Positions 31,801 to 38,700 of a stretch of 46,714 nt of DNA are shown here, piece after piece. A program made the position numbers and the translations under genes. Under the pieces are notes generated by a model. The model saw only the letters and a program-made list of their open reading frames with translations, was not told the DNA's origin and ran no database searches. How positions within the stretch are numbered: the stretch's first letter is position 1; each line of letters starts with the position of its first letter. This stretch comes from an uncultured Methanosarcinales archaeon (GTDB lineage: Archaea; Nanobdellota; Nanobdellia; Woesearchaeales; CAYSVS01), in the NCBI GenBank assembly GCA_964434475.1, contig CAYSVS010000004.1, forward strand, positions 1 to 46,714. The letters run 5' to 3'.

Positions 31801-34800
31801 AGATCTGGGTCATACCATAGTCCCTCTAAACAATAAGAATTGTTCATCTCATAAGCTATTGTGTTATTATCTATACAATGATTAGTGCTGTTTATACAGT
31901 CAAATTGACTATTGCAGCAAGCAGCTTCTGCACCGCAGCTTGTTCCTGTGTTAGGCGCTCCTTCACATATCCTGTGATTTTCTCCATCATCATCTTCACA
32001 GCAGCTTAAGGCTGTACCTGTGCTATATTCTCCGAATGCTACAATTTCTCCGCCTGATACCCAATTCAATCCGCAGCTTGAACATGACGCTGAGTCTGTA
32101 TCTGAGTCCTGCCAATCACCAGTATTACACACTGAATAACCAAATCCTAAACTGCATTCCCCTTCAGAATAACACATTCCTGAATTATCTACGCAGTCAT
32201 TCGTATCATTACAGCAGCTGTCGTATGTTGCTTGGCAAGTTTGTCCTGTGTTAGGCGCTCCTTCACATACTGTATAATATTCTGTTGCATCATCACCGCA
32301 GCAGTTAGGCTCGTATTTTGTCTCTTCATATGCATCTGAAAAACTAAAATCATTTGTAGGACCATAGCAGTTGAATCCGCAGCCGCTTCCCCAATCTGTT
32401 GCTGTACAGTTTGCAGGATCATTGTCTGGAGTGGATTGCTCTGTCAATCTACAGCATACTAGTGTGCTGTAAGGCAATGCATATTCACAAGCAGTTATAT
32501 GTGAATTTGTGCTTGATAGGTTTGATTTTGTCACCATGCAATATTCATATCCTGCATCAACACAATCCTGCTGTGCATCATTGCTTGATTTAGTTTCATA
32601 GCTGCATTCAACGTATTTATCATCTGCATGCAGGCAAACATCCCAACTATATGTTGAGTAATGGTACAATTCAGCGTGTGCGTTCGTATAATTGTTCAGT
32701 GACAATACCCCTCCAAAATTATCCTCACATGCATTGCTTAAATTAAATCCTGAAACGCATATTTGATTGGTTAAATTGTATTGCATGCCTGCGTGCGCAT
32801 TATATATTCCGCCGGTTTCATTCGCTATAGACATCAATGAGAATTCTCCTGCGCCATTACAATCTGCTGCTGTAAACACGCCAGTAATCTCATCACAACT
32901 TTCAACACACTGTCCGTATTGATTTAGGAAATCATTAGGATTATCGCAGCATCCTGTTTCTATTCCATTGCAGCTTTTTCCGTTTTCTGGTCCTGCATAG
33001 TATTCTCCTGTATCGTCTCCGCAGCATTCATCTGTTATGTTATTTAGATAATCTCCTATAGGGTATTTTTCACCAGAATGCGTCCAGTAATGTAAAGTGC
33101 AGCCTGTGGAATCTTCACAATATGTTTGATCATCATCCCTATCATACTTTCCGCATAATCCATGGCAATAATAATCATCAGGCGTACAAGTGTAAGGTAG
33201 ATAATCATCACATTCATCACTTTCAATTCCGCATCCGTCTTGGCATGTGTTGTCATAATCTGAACATAATGCCATACCATCTCCGCATATTGAGCAGTTG
33301 AAGCAAACGTCTTGATCTGTGTTTTTTCCTATTCCGTATTCATTATCACAGCTGCCATACTCTTGTCCAGGAGTGTATGCTGCACACTGCTCATCATTTG
33401 TACAGCTTTGTCCTAGATGCAGTTTACAAATTCCTGCTCCATCGCAAGCGCATGCATCTCCTATGCACCCATCTCCTGTATAAGTACATTCTCCTAGATC
33501 TTCCATATTTCTTGAAACAAACGCATTACAGTTAACATCTCCGTCATTGTTTGATGATGTTCCTCCGCAAACATTACATACTCCGCATTGAGCATCTACT
33601 CCATCACTTGAACCTGCTACCCAAGTTCCTGCACCATCACAGTATTTGTTAGCATATTCATCACATTGTGTTAATGAAGTGCATCTATGCCAAGTGTCTT
33701 GCGCAGAGCATAAGTAATCAGAATTACCATTGGTTCCAACATCGCTTGTATCGTAACCTTGATGGTCTGCATTATTTTCTGAGCATTCTTTATTTGTTGC
33801 AGCACAGTAATAGTTGCTTGAGTCGATTTCTTTTCTGCAGTTGTTGCTTGTGCAGTCGCTGTTCTCATCGCAGCTTCCACCATTGCTGACATCTGCTAAG
33901 CAAGAGCTTCCATCACAGTGATATCCTGTAGCGCATTTGTTGTCGTCGTTTGCGCAGTCTGTGTAGCAAACGCTTGTAGATTGTCTTGCATAAGGAGAGC
34001 AATCCTGGCAAGCAACTCCGTTGCCGCAGATGTCTGTTGCGTCTAATGTACATGTTGCGCCGTTAGCTTCGCTTCCACTCTGGCATGTAATGTCTCCATG
34101 ATAGCAAGTTGCACCTGAAACATAACCATTTCCGTATAGTGTAGTTATTGAGTCGCTTGCAGCAGTTCCATCTGTACAGGTAGCAGCTCCGCTTCTGCAG
34201 TCAATTGTTGTTGAAGTTTGCAAATTGCCAGTATAATAACCCCATCCGTAGACGGTTGAAGCATCTCCGTCGGATGCGCTTGATGCAGTACATTCAATAT
34301 TTCCATAATAACAAGTTCTAGTTGTTCCACTTCCTTGTAAGTTGCCATTACCTATCAATGATGAAGTGCCTTGATCTGCTCCATTAAGGCATCTTCTACA
34401 GTTTAGCGATGTTGACGAACTTAATGTCCCTGAATAGGTTGACCAATCATCTGATGTTGAATCATCTCCGCAGCACAAGTTTCCTCCTGTGCCTAATGTC
34501 GCTATCCATGTTTGCGCATCGCATGCTCCTGAACTGGTTGTACAATAACTGCTGCTGGTGTCTCTGTCTCTATCAGTATATGAACAATAATCATTAAGAG
34601 TATTGTAACAATAATAATCTCTAAATGTGGTTTGTCCTGAAACACAAGTGTCATACGTATTACAATCTGTCGCTGCTGTAGAATACGATGCACCGTTTGC
34701 TAAATAATCTGTTAATGTGTCTCCTGTACAATAATCTCTTCTTGTTGTTGAAGTGCATGATGAACCTGAACACGCATCATTATAATCTGTAACATATCCT

Positions 34801-36182
34801 CCAACTAATGGGAAGTTTCCTCCGTCGCTGTCTATGCTGTTTGCAGAACCGCAATCAGTATATATTGCTATAGTATCTTCTCCATTACACCTATATACAT
34901 CATTATTGTAACATTCATAGTTTCCTGTGTTCATTCCGTTGCCATTTGTATATGCGCATTCATAGCTACTTGCTGTACAGTAACTGTTTCCGTTTGCAGC
35001 AGGATTGCAATCTCCGCTTGTGCAGTCGCTATCTGATGTGCATTGTTGTCCGTTTGCAAGTAATGGTTTGCCACGTTTTTCAACATATTTATTAGGGTAT
35101 TGCATACCTCCTATATATAAATAAGGATCACTTCCCACTTTATCTACAATAACACTAATTAATCTTTGGCTAGGAGTATCCTGCCACGCCACATTTCCTG
35201 TACTTATACTCCTTTTTTGAAGTAAGTTATCTGCAACATTATATACTGCATTATCACTTACTGCTATTGCTTTTCCAGCCGGTAAATATTGGGAACCTGC
35301 GTCTGTTTTAAACCACACTAGTGAACCGTCTCCTTTATTCCTTTTTTCTATCCTCGGAGATCCATATGTATAAATATATGATGGATCCGCAGTTATACTA
35401 TTAAGAGTAGCATCACTCACCGTTATTACTCCTCCTGTACCAAAATCTGCTACAAGGCCTAAATTTGATATATATCTTTTTTCAATCCTCCAAACAGTAT
35501 CTTGCCATTCTGCAAGATATATGTAATTGCTATCAATAACTAAATCCCTTATCGCATCTAGCTCTACTGTAGGGTTGTTTGTTATTCTTTTTATCAGTGC
35601 ACCAGTACTTTTATCTCTTTTTTCTAGAATCATGGCATAATTCCGAATACCATCCACTCCATAAACTCCTCCTCCATAAATATAATTGCTGTCAACATCT
35701 ATGGCTTGGAAACCGAGATCATAATCATTTGGACAATATTTAACTCTTCCGTCGTTGTCAAAACTAGTAATTAAACTCCCTGTTGATTTGCTCCTTTTTT
35801 CAATAAACAAGCAGTTAGGATTTGTAAACTCATAACTGCCTGATATGTACAAATAATCAGCATCCGCTACAATGCCTCCATACTCATAACTGTTTGTTGT
35901 AATTGTCCACATAATTTGGCCATCAGACTTTCTAATTTTTTGTAGTTCTGAATCTGATGAAGTACCTCCTGTATTGCCTGTAACATAAATGTAATCACTA
36001 TCTTGTACACTTTCTACTTGTTCGTATTTATTGCTGCCTGTATAACTCCACGCAATAGCATCCTCATCAAATGTCTGTATCTCATACCCTCCACTCTCTG
36101 CAACAAACATTCCTGCATTCATCACAAGTAAAACTATCAAAATCAAAACATTCGCTATCCGTTTGATATTTGCTTTACTCAT
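16869..36182 (-). CDS. Giant (6437 aa) membrane-anchored Cys/Asp-rich surface protein
   Basis: Signal peptide; beta-propeller-like IEKR repeats; many CxDxxDNDxDGxxDCxDxDC repeats; TSP3-like 'DNCP..YNPDQ.D...DG.G..C'; CARDB/Ig-like domains; PGF-pre-PGF-like domain ('TYGLSYFAI'); C-terminal TM and K/E tail. Confidence 0.92.
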   Translation of the reverse strand: MSKANIKRIANVLILIVLLVMNAGMFVAESGGYEIQTFDEDAIAWSYTGSNKYEQVESVQDSDYIYVTGNTGGTSSDSELQKIRKSDGQIMWTITTNSYEYGGIVADADYLYISGSYEFTNPNCLFIEKRSKSTGSLITSFDNDGRVKYCPNDYDLGFQAIDVDSNYIYGGGVYGVDGIRNYAMILEKRDKSTGALIKRITNNPTVELDAIRDLVIDSNYIYLAEWQDTVWRIEKRYISNLGLVADFGTGGVITVSDATLNSITADPSYIYTYGSPRIEKRNKGDGSLVWFKTDAGSQYLPAGKAIAVSDNAVYNVADNLLQKRSISTGNVAWQDTPSQRLISVIVDKVGSDPYLYIGGMQYPNKYVEKRGKPLLANGQQCTSDSDCTSGDCNPAANGNSYCTASSYECAYTNGNGMNTGNYECYNNDVYRCNGEDTIAIYTDCGSANSIDSDGGNFPLVGGYVTDYNDACSGSSCTSTTRRDYCTGDTLTDYLANGASYSTAATDCNTYDTCVSGQTTFRDYYCYNTLNDYCSYTDRDRDTSSSYCTTSSGACDAQTWIATLGTGGNLCCGDDSTSDDWSTYSGTLSSSTSLNCRRCLNGADQGTSSLIGNGNLQGSGTTRTCYYGNIECTASSASDGDASTVYGWGYYTGNLQTSTTIDCRSGAATCTDGTAASDSITTLYGNGYVSGATCYHGDITCQSGSEANGATCTLDATDICGNGVACQDCSPYARQSTSVCYTDCANDDNKCATGYHCDGSSCLADVSNGGSCDENSDCTSNNCRKEIDSSNYYCAATNKECSENNADHQGYDTSDVGTNGNSDYLCSAQDTWHRCTSLTQCDEYANKYCDGAGTWVAGSSDGVDAQCGVCNVCGGTSSNNDGDVNCNAFVSRNMEDLGECTYTGDGCIGDACACDGAGICKLHLGQSCTNDEQCAAYTPGQEYGSCDNEYGIGKNTDQDVCFNCSICGDGMALCSDYDNTCQDGCGIESDECDDYLPYTCTPDDYYCHGLCGKYDRDDDQTYCEDSTGCTLHYWTHSGEKYPIGDYLNNITDECCGDDTGEYYAGPENGKSCNGIETGCCDNPNDFLNQYGQCVESCDEITGVFTAADCNGAGEFSLMSIANETGGIYNAHAGMQYNLTNQICVSGFNLSNACEDNFGGVLSLNNYTNAHAELYHYSTYSWDVCLHADDKYVECSYETKSSNDAQQDCVDAGYEYCMVTKSNLSSTNSHITACEYALPYSTLVCCRLTEQSTPDNDPANCTATDWGSGCGFNCYGPTNDFSFSDAYEETKYEPNCCGDDATEYYTVCEGAPNTGQTCQATYDSCCNDTNDCVDNSGMCYSEGECSLGFGYSVCNTGDWQDSDTDSASCSSCGLNWVSGGEIVAFGEYSTGTALSCCEDDDGENHRICEGAPNTGTSCGAEAACCNSQFDCINSTNHCIDNNTIAYEMNNSYCLEGLWYDPDLNESYCEAEPTFMWFTALSRCCQDDHHEFIRYSNGTANDASVGCCDDATDCVYNTICYDYGQAHPVYGDVTCGDNSSWYGGKGNWTQINYPEGVYEPEAAGLFGMHLFEFNITFENYTTYNGNIIECVIERSDNSLFSLNKTTTTIIEGVEYLNYTIKITDPIDKNKPWLVHNCSIFSQNETLKTDNQEHRDNENNKAENKRIYVHDNEWYGFDNDYDDAFNAWECWLGQKGEYLNNTVKCDYDGDVVFAMNMYKDIKVEGKCSDGIDNNADGYTDFDDISCNGITYGAFNYTARHSELAEVISYFNPINPKVPGFMPLVWLFMFTLTSMLAYSVNSTLSRKYITSITAVILFGCFIINAFTVMAAYDITPCNGNICQGTTSVGGKTLSYYYTEHVQPNGKFKILFDSGYSVGGQAFGRAITDMPTFSTYGRYNYTADPVTYPYDTDTILDSSTTYKTTAPSGNTGWDKIVMYVNLNSAAEILHHFNMSIVQYGGTGDVLNNELYVDSNAPSNDDESSTYADIGLNYPCADAVDNDLDNYFDCRDINCDGEIGNVGSSAVCEYGTEVTCNDGFDNDGDGKIDCADPDCDGKLGGPGVYCEYGQEGKAANYPTTCKDSFDNDRDGRTDCYDTTNCWGQGGINDDPVNHPCPSVELNCSDGIDNDYDNGQGVMDTDPNTGKDCRDYDCAGNPNCPAKENRLADGTINDSQCFDGIDNDLDYIIDCADIDCLGAINPDTGLTCAQQEFNLTLGYQYCNNDQDDDGDGPKDCADSDCNQKFGNCGPCPSVENITYDSCADGTDNDRDSNIDCDDSDCYGMLGSLTYAATCETSEDTDALCSDGFDNDRSGNADCKDSNCNTKLGPYGVACEYGTETTCNDAIDNDQDNYVDCIDNDCFGVGSCHALDWNPNGACINVPSYQTKNLVSEIQVKQKRYSRISTTHTIEIFNQNGLAYTSYNIYIGENGAQNYPFDLTNCVLNDTTRFEWLPENGDTGVIKSKKDTTFYGEDIKLTCTLDATPVASETYLIDLLTRIDDVSTPSTGNTFTAASLEDTAPTISEIEIGGELGNNVNVTYGSSIAFRAIPSNDASGICQCTFDLNGAQHSTSGNGNCIYTENNYITDIDSLQIKATAEDGADNIGAEGGTRTIAVNVQPIAQSISVDKTKPFYRSTESLKINSSFITATNNVFNGNCNVAIYNSSKEFNESFTVNKEGSNNIAYCNKTIDLTTLNDGMYFIKTNITDNDNDAAESNFAVFYVCNNLSSKGDGWSCAFADFDQDGAVEGIFTELYGTTLTCDNCPDTYNPDQLDTNADGIGNICSDYENPKVENLTITNNTLVQHDIVNISANVTDDRELDTVLVNIIYPGGFVNNSFVAANISDIYTYSFTDTMLTGQYNVTIIANDTFNNINNTEKINFTVSTYPGFGNTTTKIILPEDRASYYEGSNFNLSVQINSTGNVSNCTVKIYPINTTVITALKNNKTIIELNDSSTILKFTMNATKFGFSDIGAQTSCWYGGSSEDTVHNIEVNLCGNGDIDSGETCITCPKDAGCMRGYNCLVNGSCSIEENTNCNNDGICQANESCSCADCDGEQDGCYYGDVCNLTQEKCDCNYISDGICPTQDYYCRILDPDCTNLCGDGTVDAGETCQTCPDDAGCTDGLVCQENATCGLVNMAQCNNNGICEVNETCNCSDCYGKQDSCMFGLICSSTNELCSCNTEVDFICPTGDEYCQQFDPDCPQVLFSIEHNATGTLHKNDLVLITMNATVNGQTSNFNYKDISLDIPLYDDAIHGDDLSNDGKYKIEFVIVPGMFDNYSIEGYFKDIVGVVGRINGTNYLNISSPERDVKITDIVISNTTSMTTKTVYVNASVTNTGTQDENNVVVKLYVDNIEKDSQTKLLSTGEKRKVEFSYTADTTSFDNIEVRASQLPMETNTKDNMAKSKVPINHSFDSNISININTDGQFLWINDTFDVNVNITNTTTSIQNVNVSIQIQEPYHESLNNTKKVNLANSSHKFTVKAKQPGLFINYKVKVEAGKYYYEKLFNSSIQGLDQQPPVITISNGEKYVATKNYTVIGTVYESGSDVEVNNISSITETSDYNATINLKSGNNTVIALAKDEFGNTVYEYSWIFYYNGTPMVLDVKAEPNATNQTKTVNISARIIDPTGVESAIVRITYPVTEQAIEYNLENYTEENYQLLFNNTLMTGVYNALIIANNSAGLVNDSESVNFTILNTGGNSTIKILNPLNNTIINRSQTFNVVVNATALEGNLSYCNISIYYDETKFNNNNGDSKYIGNLTEDQNNITTFNITAIGGGKANITAAIFCRSGSTSQDKVQNLSLFGYPPWDSIIPPYGIYEPYAAGLAGTHLHTFFIDFKNLSLFSTETLECVFRTGNDTKTINITGITKMYEDYSLNYTITTADKINYNVDNGGYLPWALLNCSLKSNGNITYNETKNNRIYVHNNSWTLDDVTRAISCKNDNKFQFMNNTASCTYEGDQRRALRTKGGAKVEGNCKDGIDNDGDGAIDCDDDDCIGISDPHCDTDFSNRYFVGFGPTSLAIGIESITNLITGAVTYADTDNLHSGTTGTKTNTNYINTINHKPTGQFKIRLTKTSGRQSGPFTISIKNLPDVKAANYYGTIPGNKSLQITNVADGVYTVGYSCYSGDCNTGAIDVVFNITFDEAKISSSFSREIEVAIAYNGEEDSTQTKFRIYFDNAALSNDDESETASFSGQVCADSSNNDLDMGNNILGKTSLDDNKDCYDIDCNNSIGPLQNNFFTSKQAECNYQNESNCTDEYDNDWDSNIYDAFDRTDCHDISDCFRQSDKGCPEEENISKYSCADSINNDWDYVSGPYDIRPNSEAYGVYGVIDLYDCKDPDCNMSIGSLTNDSLLCEYEFELNCNDGFNNDAFQKADCDIDTMANSKTLPTFSSAEYDCQKHCRSVGVTQEKGNNCSDNIDNDYDYYEFSQRPGTTDYLYGTQNTSYGAGIDCRWVDYEPDEDCNLTELTFADGSGRCELAYELTCNDSFDNDRDRDANTMYKPGWSNNEQGHELFYGTNFTYSGDYDDYNCKYEIVVPNKESNQSGMCNATYCPAEYNWCYDSVDNDMDNYLANGLTLNNAGGAGIDCAAPTANYDVDCNNTYINVSGEGIGQCQLGKETNCMDNFDNDRDQLDATGWSYKNDGYRTFNLGADCSDYDCYNNVNADGNFGNGTHNFSCAINEYSGADYGNKGYNPQPTWCFDGIDNDLDGIFDCDDPDCYGVYNPATGKTCEQTEFDQALYTLGLSDHYCNDVFDNDERAGDNVLNTYPPLKMDCDDQDCHQQFGNCGPCPSIENTTWNSCFDGIDNDHDGNIDCADTDCNNMLKNRQGFTCTQTISENTTFYCSDSVDNDNDGNTDCRDGNCNNVIFRADGKVCNYEAVEATCNDNIDNDLDGKIDCYDEDCYAICEIAAITGTGTISHDAENLSSTMTGGLNSKLSITSYTRRLKKGNDYYITFSYNAEATNAADIFIGTAANPLPNAADIANAQIISSSPAGWSFTEKNPTSGFVLASYSGSSTSMFSITVMIPSANVVLNDTSYGILAGTQQFTGEQTLNIEVVDNNAPVMNGIFIEPSDGLLEKGDALQILVNGSDPIIENQAREGSIAYCVINITGQKAYSTTVNNCKLSYGINEAGTYNVKAYAYDIAGNKGNVIEDNITVKIIPKFNQTTKLNRTYYNGSINVLDSISAYFTADNIVNCNIEILDENDNTVYANNFGDSNNICTKAVSLPANIYNNDSMYFIRINATDSNNYSVVSDKQLFFVCNNASSKSTGWSCAFMDMDMDGYTEGISSNFFVGKTCDNCPSIYNPDQNDSNANGVGDVCDSCGDGVIDAGENCITCPDDAGCLSGQICQGNGTCGDTGPSNCNNDNICGFNESCDCADCNLKQDGCSIGLQCDPSMEKCSCNNISDGVCSAFDPVCVLIDPDCCGDGICQPGETCENCPIDCGVCPGEVSTAPSGSGAGIGGYVSGCAYMTPLVYLSQGEEFNWNINCMEMYGANVVADGDISGFRLTIVKIDMEEDQKVPIIKNAYSYFKIQTLRDYDNLRYADLYFKIEKEDIDVISSPGNVYLNKYRNKWGKLKTNLIKQDKKYYYFKARTYGLSYFAITIEPGEEKEKIVMEEEEKEEIRLIIKPPREEIPGVVVGEGYLKEIMYLIALLLLLSVSVNHQYLQQKYAETAIYIKTFKETKKRILMWFVLGYDEQEIKEGLKRKGIRIQSRTIKKQKHIYSMMHRRVKRYVMKGYHFRYVYNMLKNKYDKKLIKIMYFKALKEKPSITEIVKEKIKAFDKEIEKTGKRTKKKIKQKAEDIEYNIFAIEENIIKSITRFNKHVKENLKLLERRVKRKILTGIENAEEVAIETEQAIASSIKHLEKEITRYNRLIKHKIEHLRSKLEMLEIIEKRKVKKLAKKEERKITKEEEHLKLQLTRYEDKLKKNERHLKDILESISLPKLKSMIKSKKKVEESRPITLTKEHKKLETKLDYYDELLKENREYMKAKRLWPKLKIKLFKPKEKEEKKEKHLEETKEEIALKEQMKHIESRLEKNKEFLRVKRRWPKLKRKIFEVFKHKEKPKQKQKETKEQKELKARMHFYDNMLKENKQYLKIKNKLPEIKRNVFKKHKKTKETRYTKETKEEIALKEQMKHIESRLEKNKEFLRVKRRWPKLKRKIFEVFKHKEKPKQKQKETKEQKELKARMHFYDNMLKDNKQYLKIKNKLPEIKKQVFRKKDKIEKKTEKSYEESKGFRSMKKQLEFFESKLKKNKQFLLAKRRWPKIKRNIERKEEPEKKREYKGNKELENIENNYKNMIKKNKEYIQNIEMSRKMERKKVGLKIWPFKIKRKKQLNTKYNNILKKYSNRLKQPFVKKREKHTKDIDTSKLKEFVRKSIEYKKDVKAMENAIVKKGWPRFIVKDIIKKEIKRARRNKDMKNLKEDIENKIKGFKDMKNNYDKKLK
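17569..18160. repeat. Near-perfect intragenic direct repeat (271-bp copies, 321-bp period)
   Basis: 17569-17839 vs 17890-18160; two mismatches seen; 107-aa period in the protein tail. Confidence 0.92.
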
Positions 36183-38001
36183 TTCTCCTCAAGTATGGTC
36201 TATAATCTAGATTGCTCATTCCTTTGTAGCATGCGAACGGTCCTTTTTCTCCTGCTATATCTTGTCCGGTTAATTCTAAAGTAACTTTTTCAGAATCCAT
36301 TAAGCTAGAAACATCAACACAGTTCCAGCCTTTGTGTACTGTAAATTCTATTGTATCATTCCCATTAGAAACATAGTTAGTTACTTCTTCATTCTTCCAT
36401 AATGTAGCATACAAACAAAGCTCTGCATCACTAACAGCATCAAACTCTAGTTTCGCAGAGAAATCTCCTTGCGTATATCTGTTAATAGCAGCGCAGAAAT
36501 TATTCGTATAATTTGATAAATAACTGTTGTATGTATCATAATTCACATAATTAGGATATACTTTTTCTTCTGATGATAATATTGTTTCATTAACAGTTTC
36601 ATTTATTGTTACATTTAGAGTCTGGTTTATTGTCTTATTTAAAGTATAATTCAATTCAACATACTCCCTTGAAACAAAACTGTCAACAAGGCAATAATAT
36701 CCTTGTGATAAAGGATTCTTATTGCCCGTAACAGTAAACTCTAAGTGGTGTGTGTTATTATCTAAGTTAGCAGCAATCTCAATAATCTCATTCTCTGAAA
36801 TATATGGGTCATATAAGTCTATTAAGTTAGTAGAATTATCTAACTTAATCTCAAGAATTCCGTAATCAAATCTCTTTTCTGTAAGTAAGAATATATTCTC
36901 AGCAGTAAAATCAAAACTTAGTTTAGTTCTATTAGTGCTTGAAACAACTGCAAATCCATTTGAATAGAAGCTATCTTCTACTTTTATCCATTTGCCAGAA
37001 TCATCTATTATGTCTTCAGCTTCTATTATTTTAGTGTAATTATAAGGGTTGTCTAATGTATTTGCATTACAATCATCATCAATGCCATTGAACAATATCT
37101 CTGCTCTGTTAGGATGTACTTCACTATTATTGTCATCACAATCTGTGTTGTTATCATATCCATCTTTGTCATCATCAATATAATCTAAAGTAGATGAATT
37201 ACAGTCATCATCCAATCCATTATACAATATCTCTGTAGCATTAGGATTAATGTTTGCATTATTATCATCGCAATCAGTATTGTTCAAGAAACCATCAAAG
37301 TCATTATCACTATAATATTCAATGTGTTCTACTGTAACATTTTCAGAATATTGCTTGATTATCGTATCATTATATTCTAAAATTATTTTTATGTCATAAA
37401 TTCCATCTACTTCTGGCTTGTCAAATATCTCGTTTAATTCAAATGTTGCTGTTTCATCAGTATAATATCCTGCACCAAATCCATAACTTATTTTAGAATA
37501 ATTAGTTGATATTGTTGAATTGTCTATTATCAATATTGATTCATCCAACATTTCATTGCCTTGCCAAACTCTTGTTATGTTTATCGAAGAATTAATCTCG
37601 TGCGCTGTGTTCTTATTCACATTACCTATTATTGTTTCATTATCTAGTACATATTCAAAATAGATATCAACAATATCTTCTCTTGTTCCTTCAAACCCAA
37701 AGCCTGATCCTGAATCGCTTAATCTTTCTTCGTAATAGTATTCTCCATATCCTTGCGTTATATTAAGTTCAGACAATTCAATTATTTTGGTTTGATTATT
37801 GAATTCAAACTTGATTATCGTATCTAACGGCAGTAATGTTTGATTGCCTATTGTTATTTTTGAGCTAACATTCAGATTATCTGTTAATTCATAATGCCCT
37901 ATTAATTTACCTGTTATATTGATTTCATTATATCCAATTGCAAACACCATGAACAAGAACATTAAAGTGAAGATCTTTGCGACTTTATTGTAGCCTTTCA
38001 T
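36175..38001 (-). CDS. Secreted protein with MopE-like metal-binding repeats and carbohydrate-binding-like domains
   Basis: Signal peptide plus 'ITG' motif; two 'D.DG....DCDD....I.P..EI..NG.DDDC' repeats; 'IIEAED' jelly-roll-like domain; C-terminal 'GWNCVDV...RPYL'. Confidence 0.8.
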   Translation of the reverse strand: MKGYNKVAKIFTLMFLFMVFAIGYNEINITGKLIGHYELTDNLNVSSKITIGNQTLLPLDTIIKFEFNNQTKIIELSELNITQGYGEYYYEERLSDSGSGFGFEGTREDIVDIYFEYVLDNETIIGNVNKNTAHEINSSINITRVWQGNEMLDESILIIDNSTISTNYSKISYGFGAGYYTDETATFELNEIFDKPEVDGIYDIKIILEYNDTIIKQYSENVTVEHIEYYSDNDFDGFLNNTDCDDNNANINPNATEILYNGLDDDCNSSTLDYIDDDKDGYDNNTDCDDNNSEVHPNRAEILFNGIDDDCNANTLDNPYNYTKIIEAEDIIDDSGKWIKVEDSFYSNGFAVVSSTNRTKLSFDFTAENIFLLTEKRFDYGILEIKLDNSTNLIDLYDPYISENEIIEIAANLDNNTHHLEFTVTGNKNPLSQGYYCLVDSFVSREYVELNYTLNKTINQTLNVTINETVNETILSSEEKVYPNYVNYDTYNSYLSNYTNNFCAAINRYTQGDFSAKLEFDAVSDAELCLYATLWKNEEVTNYVSNGNDTIEFTVHKGWNCVDVSSLMDSEKVTLELTGQDIAGEKGPFACYKGMSNLDYRPYLRRNE

Positions 38002-38522
38002 CTTTTCTTCACCCCTTTGTTGTATGATGACCAGATTGTTCTTGGATCTCTTTTTAGCAAATTAGCAATATCTTTGAATTTCATATGCTTGTTTTCTTTC
38101 AAGAATATAGTAAGTATTTCTAATGGCCCTAGGTTTCTGTTATGGAATATTTCAATAGGTATTTTGATTTCAGAATCTATTTCTGCGAATTGTTTAGGAT
38201 ATTTTTTCTTTGCTTTGTCATATGTATTCCAGATTGTTCTTTGGTCTCTCTCAATTAGTTTTGCTATTTCAGAAAGTTTGAATTGTTTGTTTTCTTTTAG
38301 GTATTTTACTATGCTTTCTAGAATGCCTAATTTATCATTGAATATGTTTGTTGGAATGAATTCTAATTGCTGGTTTTCTTCACTAAATATCTTGTCAAAT
38401 TCTGCTTTGTTCTCTGTTTCTAGCTCATTTAGGAGTTTATGTATTTGCAATATTTTTTTAAGGGTTTTAGGACTAGCAGAATTAAGCAAATTCTCTGTTT
38501 TAATAAGTTTTTTTTTACCCAT
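37998..38522 (-). CDS. Tandem HTH DNA-binding protein
   Basis: Two repeats of 'LG.LE....LKENK..K...IA.L..RD.RTIW..Y.K'. Confidence 0.8.
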   Translation of the reverse strand: MGKKKLIKTENLLNSASPKTLKKILQIHKLLNELETENKAEFDKIFSEENQQLEFIPTNIFNDKLGILESIVKYLKENKQFKLSEIAKLIERDQRTIWNTYDKAKKKYPKQFAEIDSEIKIPIEIFHNRNLGPLEILTIFLKENKHMKFKDIANLLKRDPRTIWSSYNKGVKKR

Positions 38523-38546
38523 TAAATAAGTAAAACCTCTTTTAAT

Positions 38547-38700
38547 CTTATTTAGTAAGTGTTTTTATACTTGCTAAATGTTTCTTTTGCTTTAAAACTT
38601 ATTTAGTAAGTATTTTTATACTTGCTATGTGCGATTACTTATTTATTCAATAAGTATTAATTATACTTATTAAATAATATAGAAACTTATTAAATAGGTA
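38547..38700. promoter_or_regulatory. Repeated operator-like palindromes upstream of the HTH/surface-protein operon
   Basis: 30-bp direct repeat 38547-38576/38598-38627 (one mismatch), each containing AAGT(A/G)T-N4-ATACTT; a third AAGTAT-N5-ATACTT at ~38652-38668. Confidence 0.65.

Noticed and set aside
16900..34693. Many short ORFs overlapping the giant gene
   Set aside because: Antisense or alternate-frame shadows of a biased, repetitive coding sequence
35070..36090. Apparent codon-usage shift in the propeller head of the giant gene, suggesting a swapped module
   Set aside because: Impression only; it cannot be quantified without computation
38547..38627. 30-bp direct repeat as a CRISPR array
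   Set aside because: Only two copies with a 21-bp spacer, located in a promoter, with no cas genes
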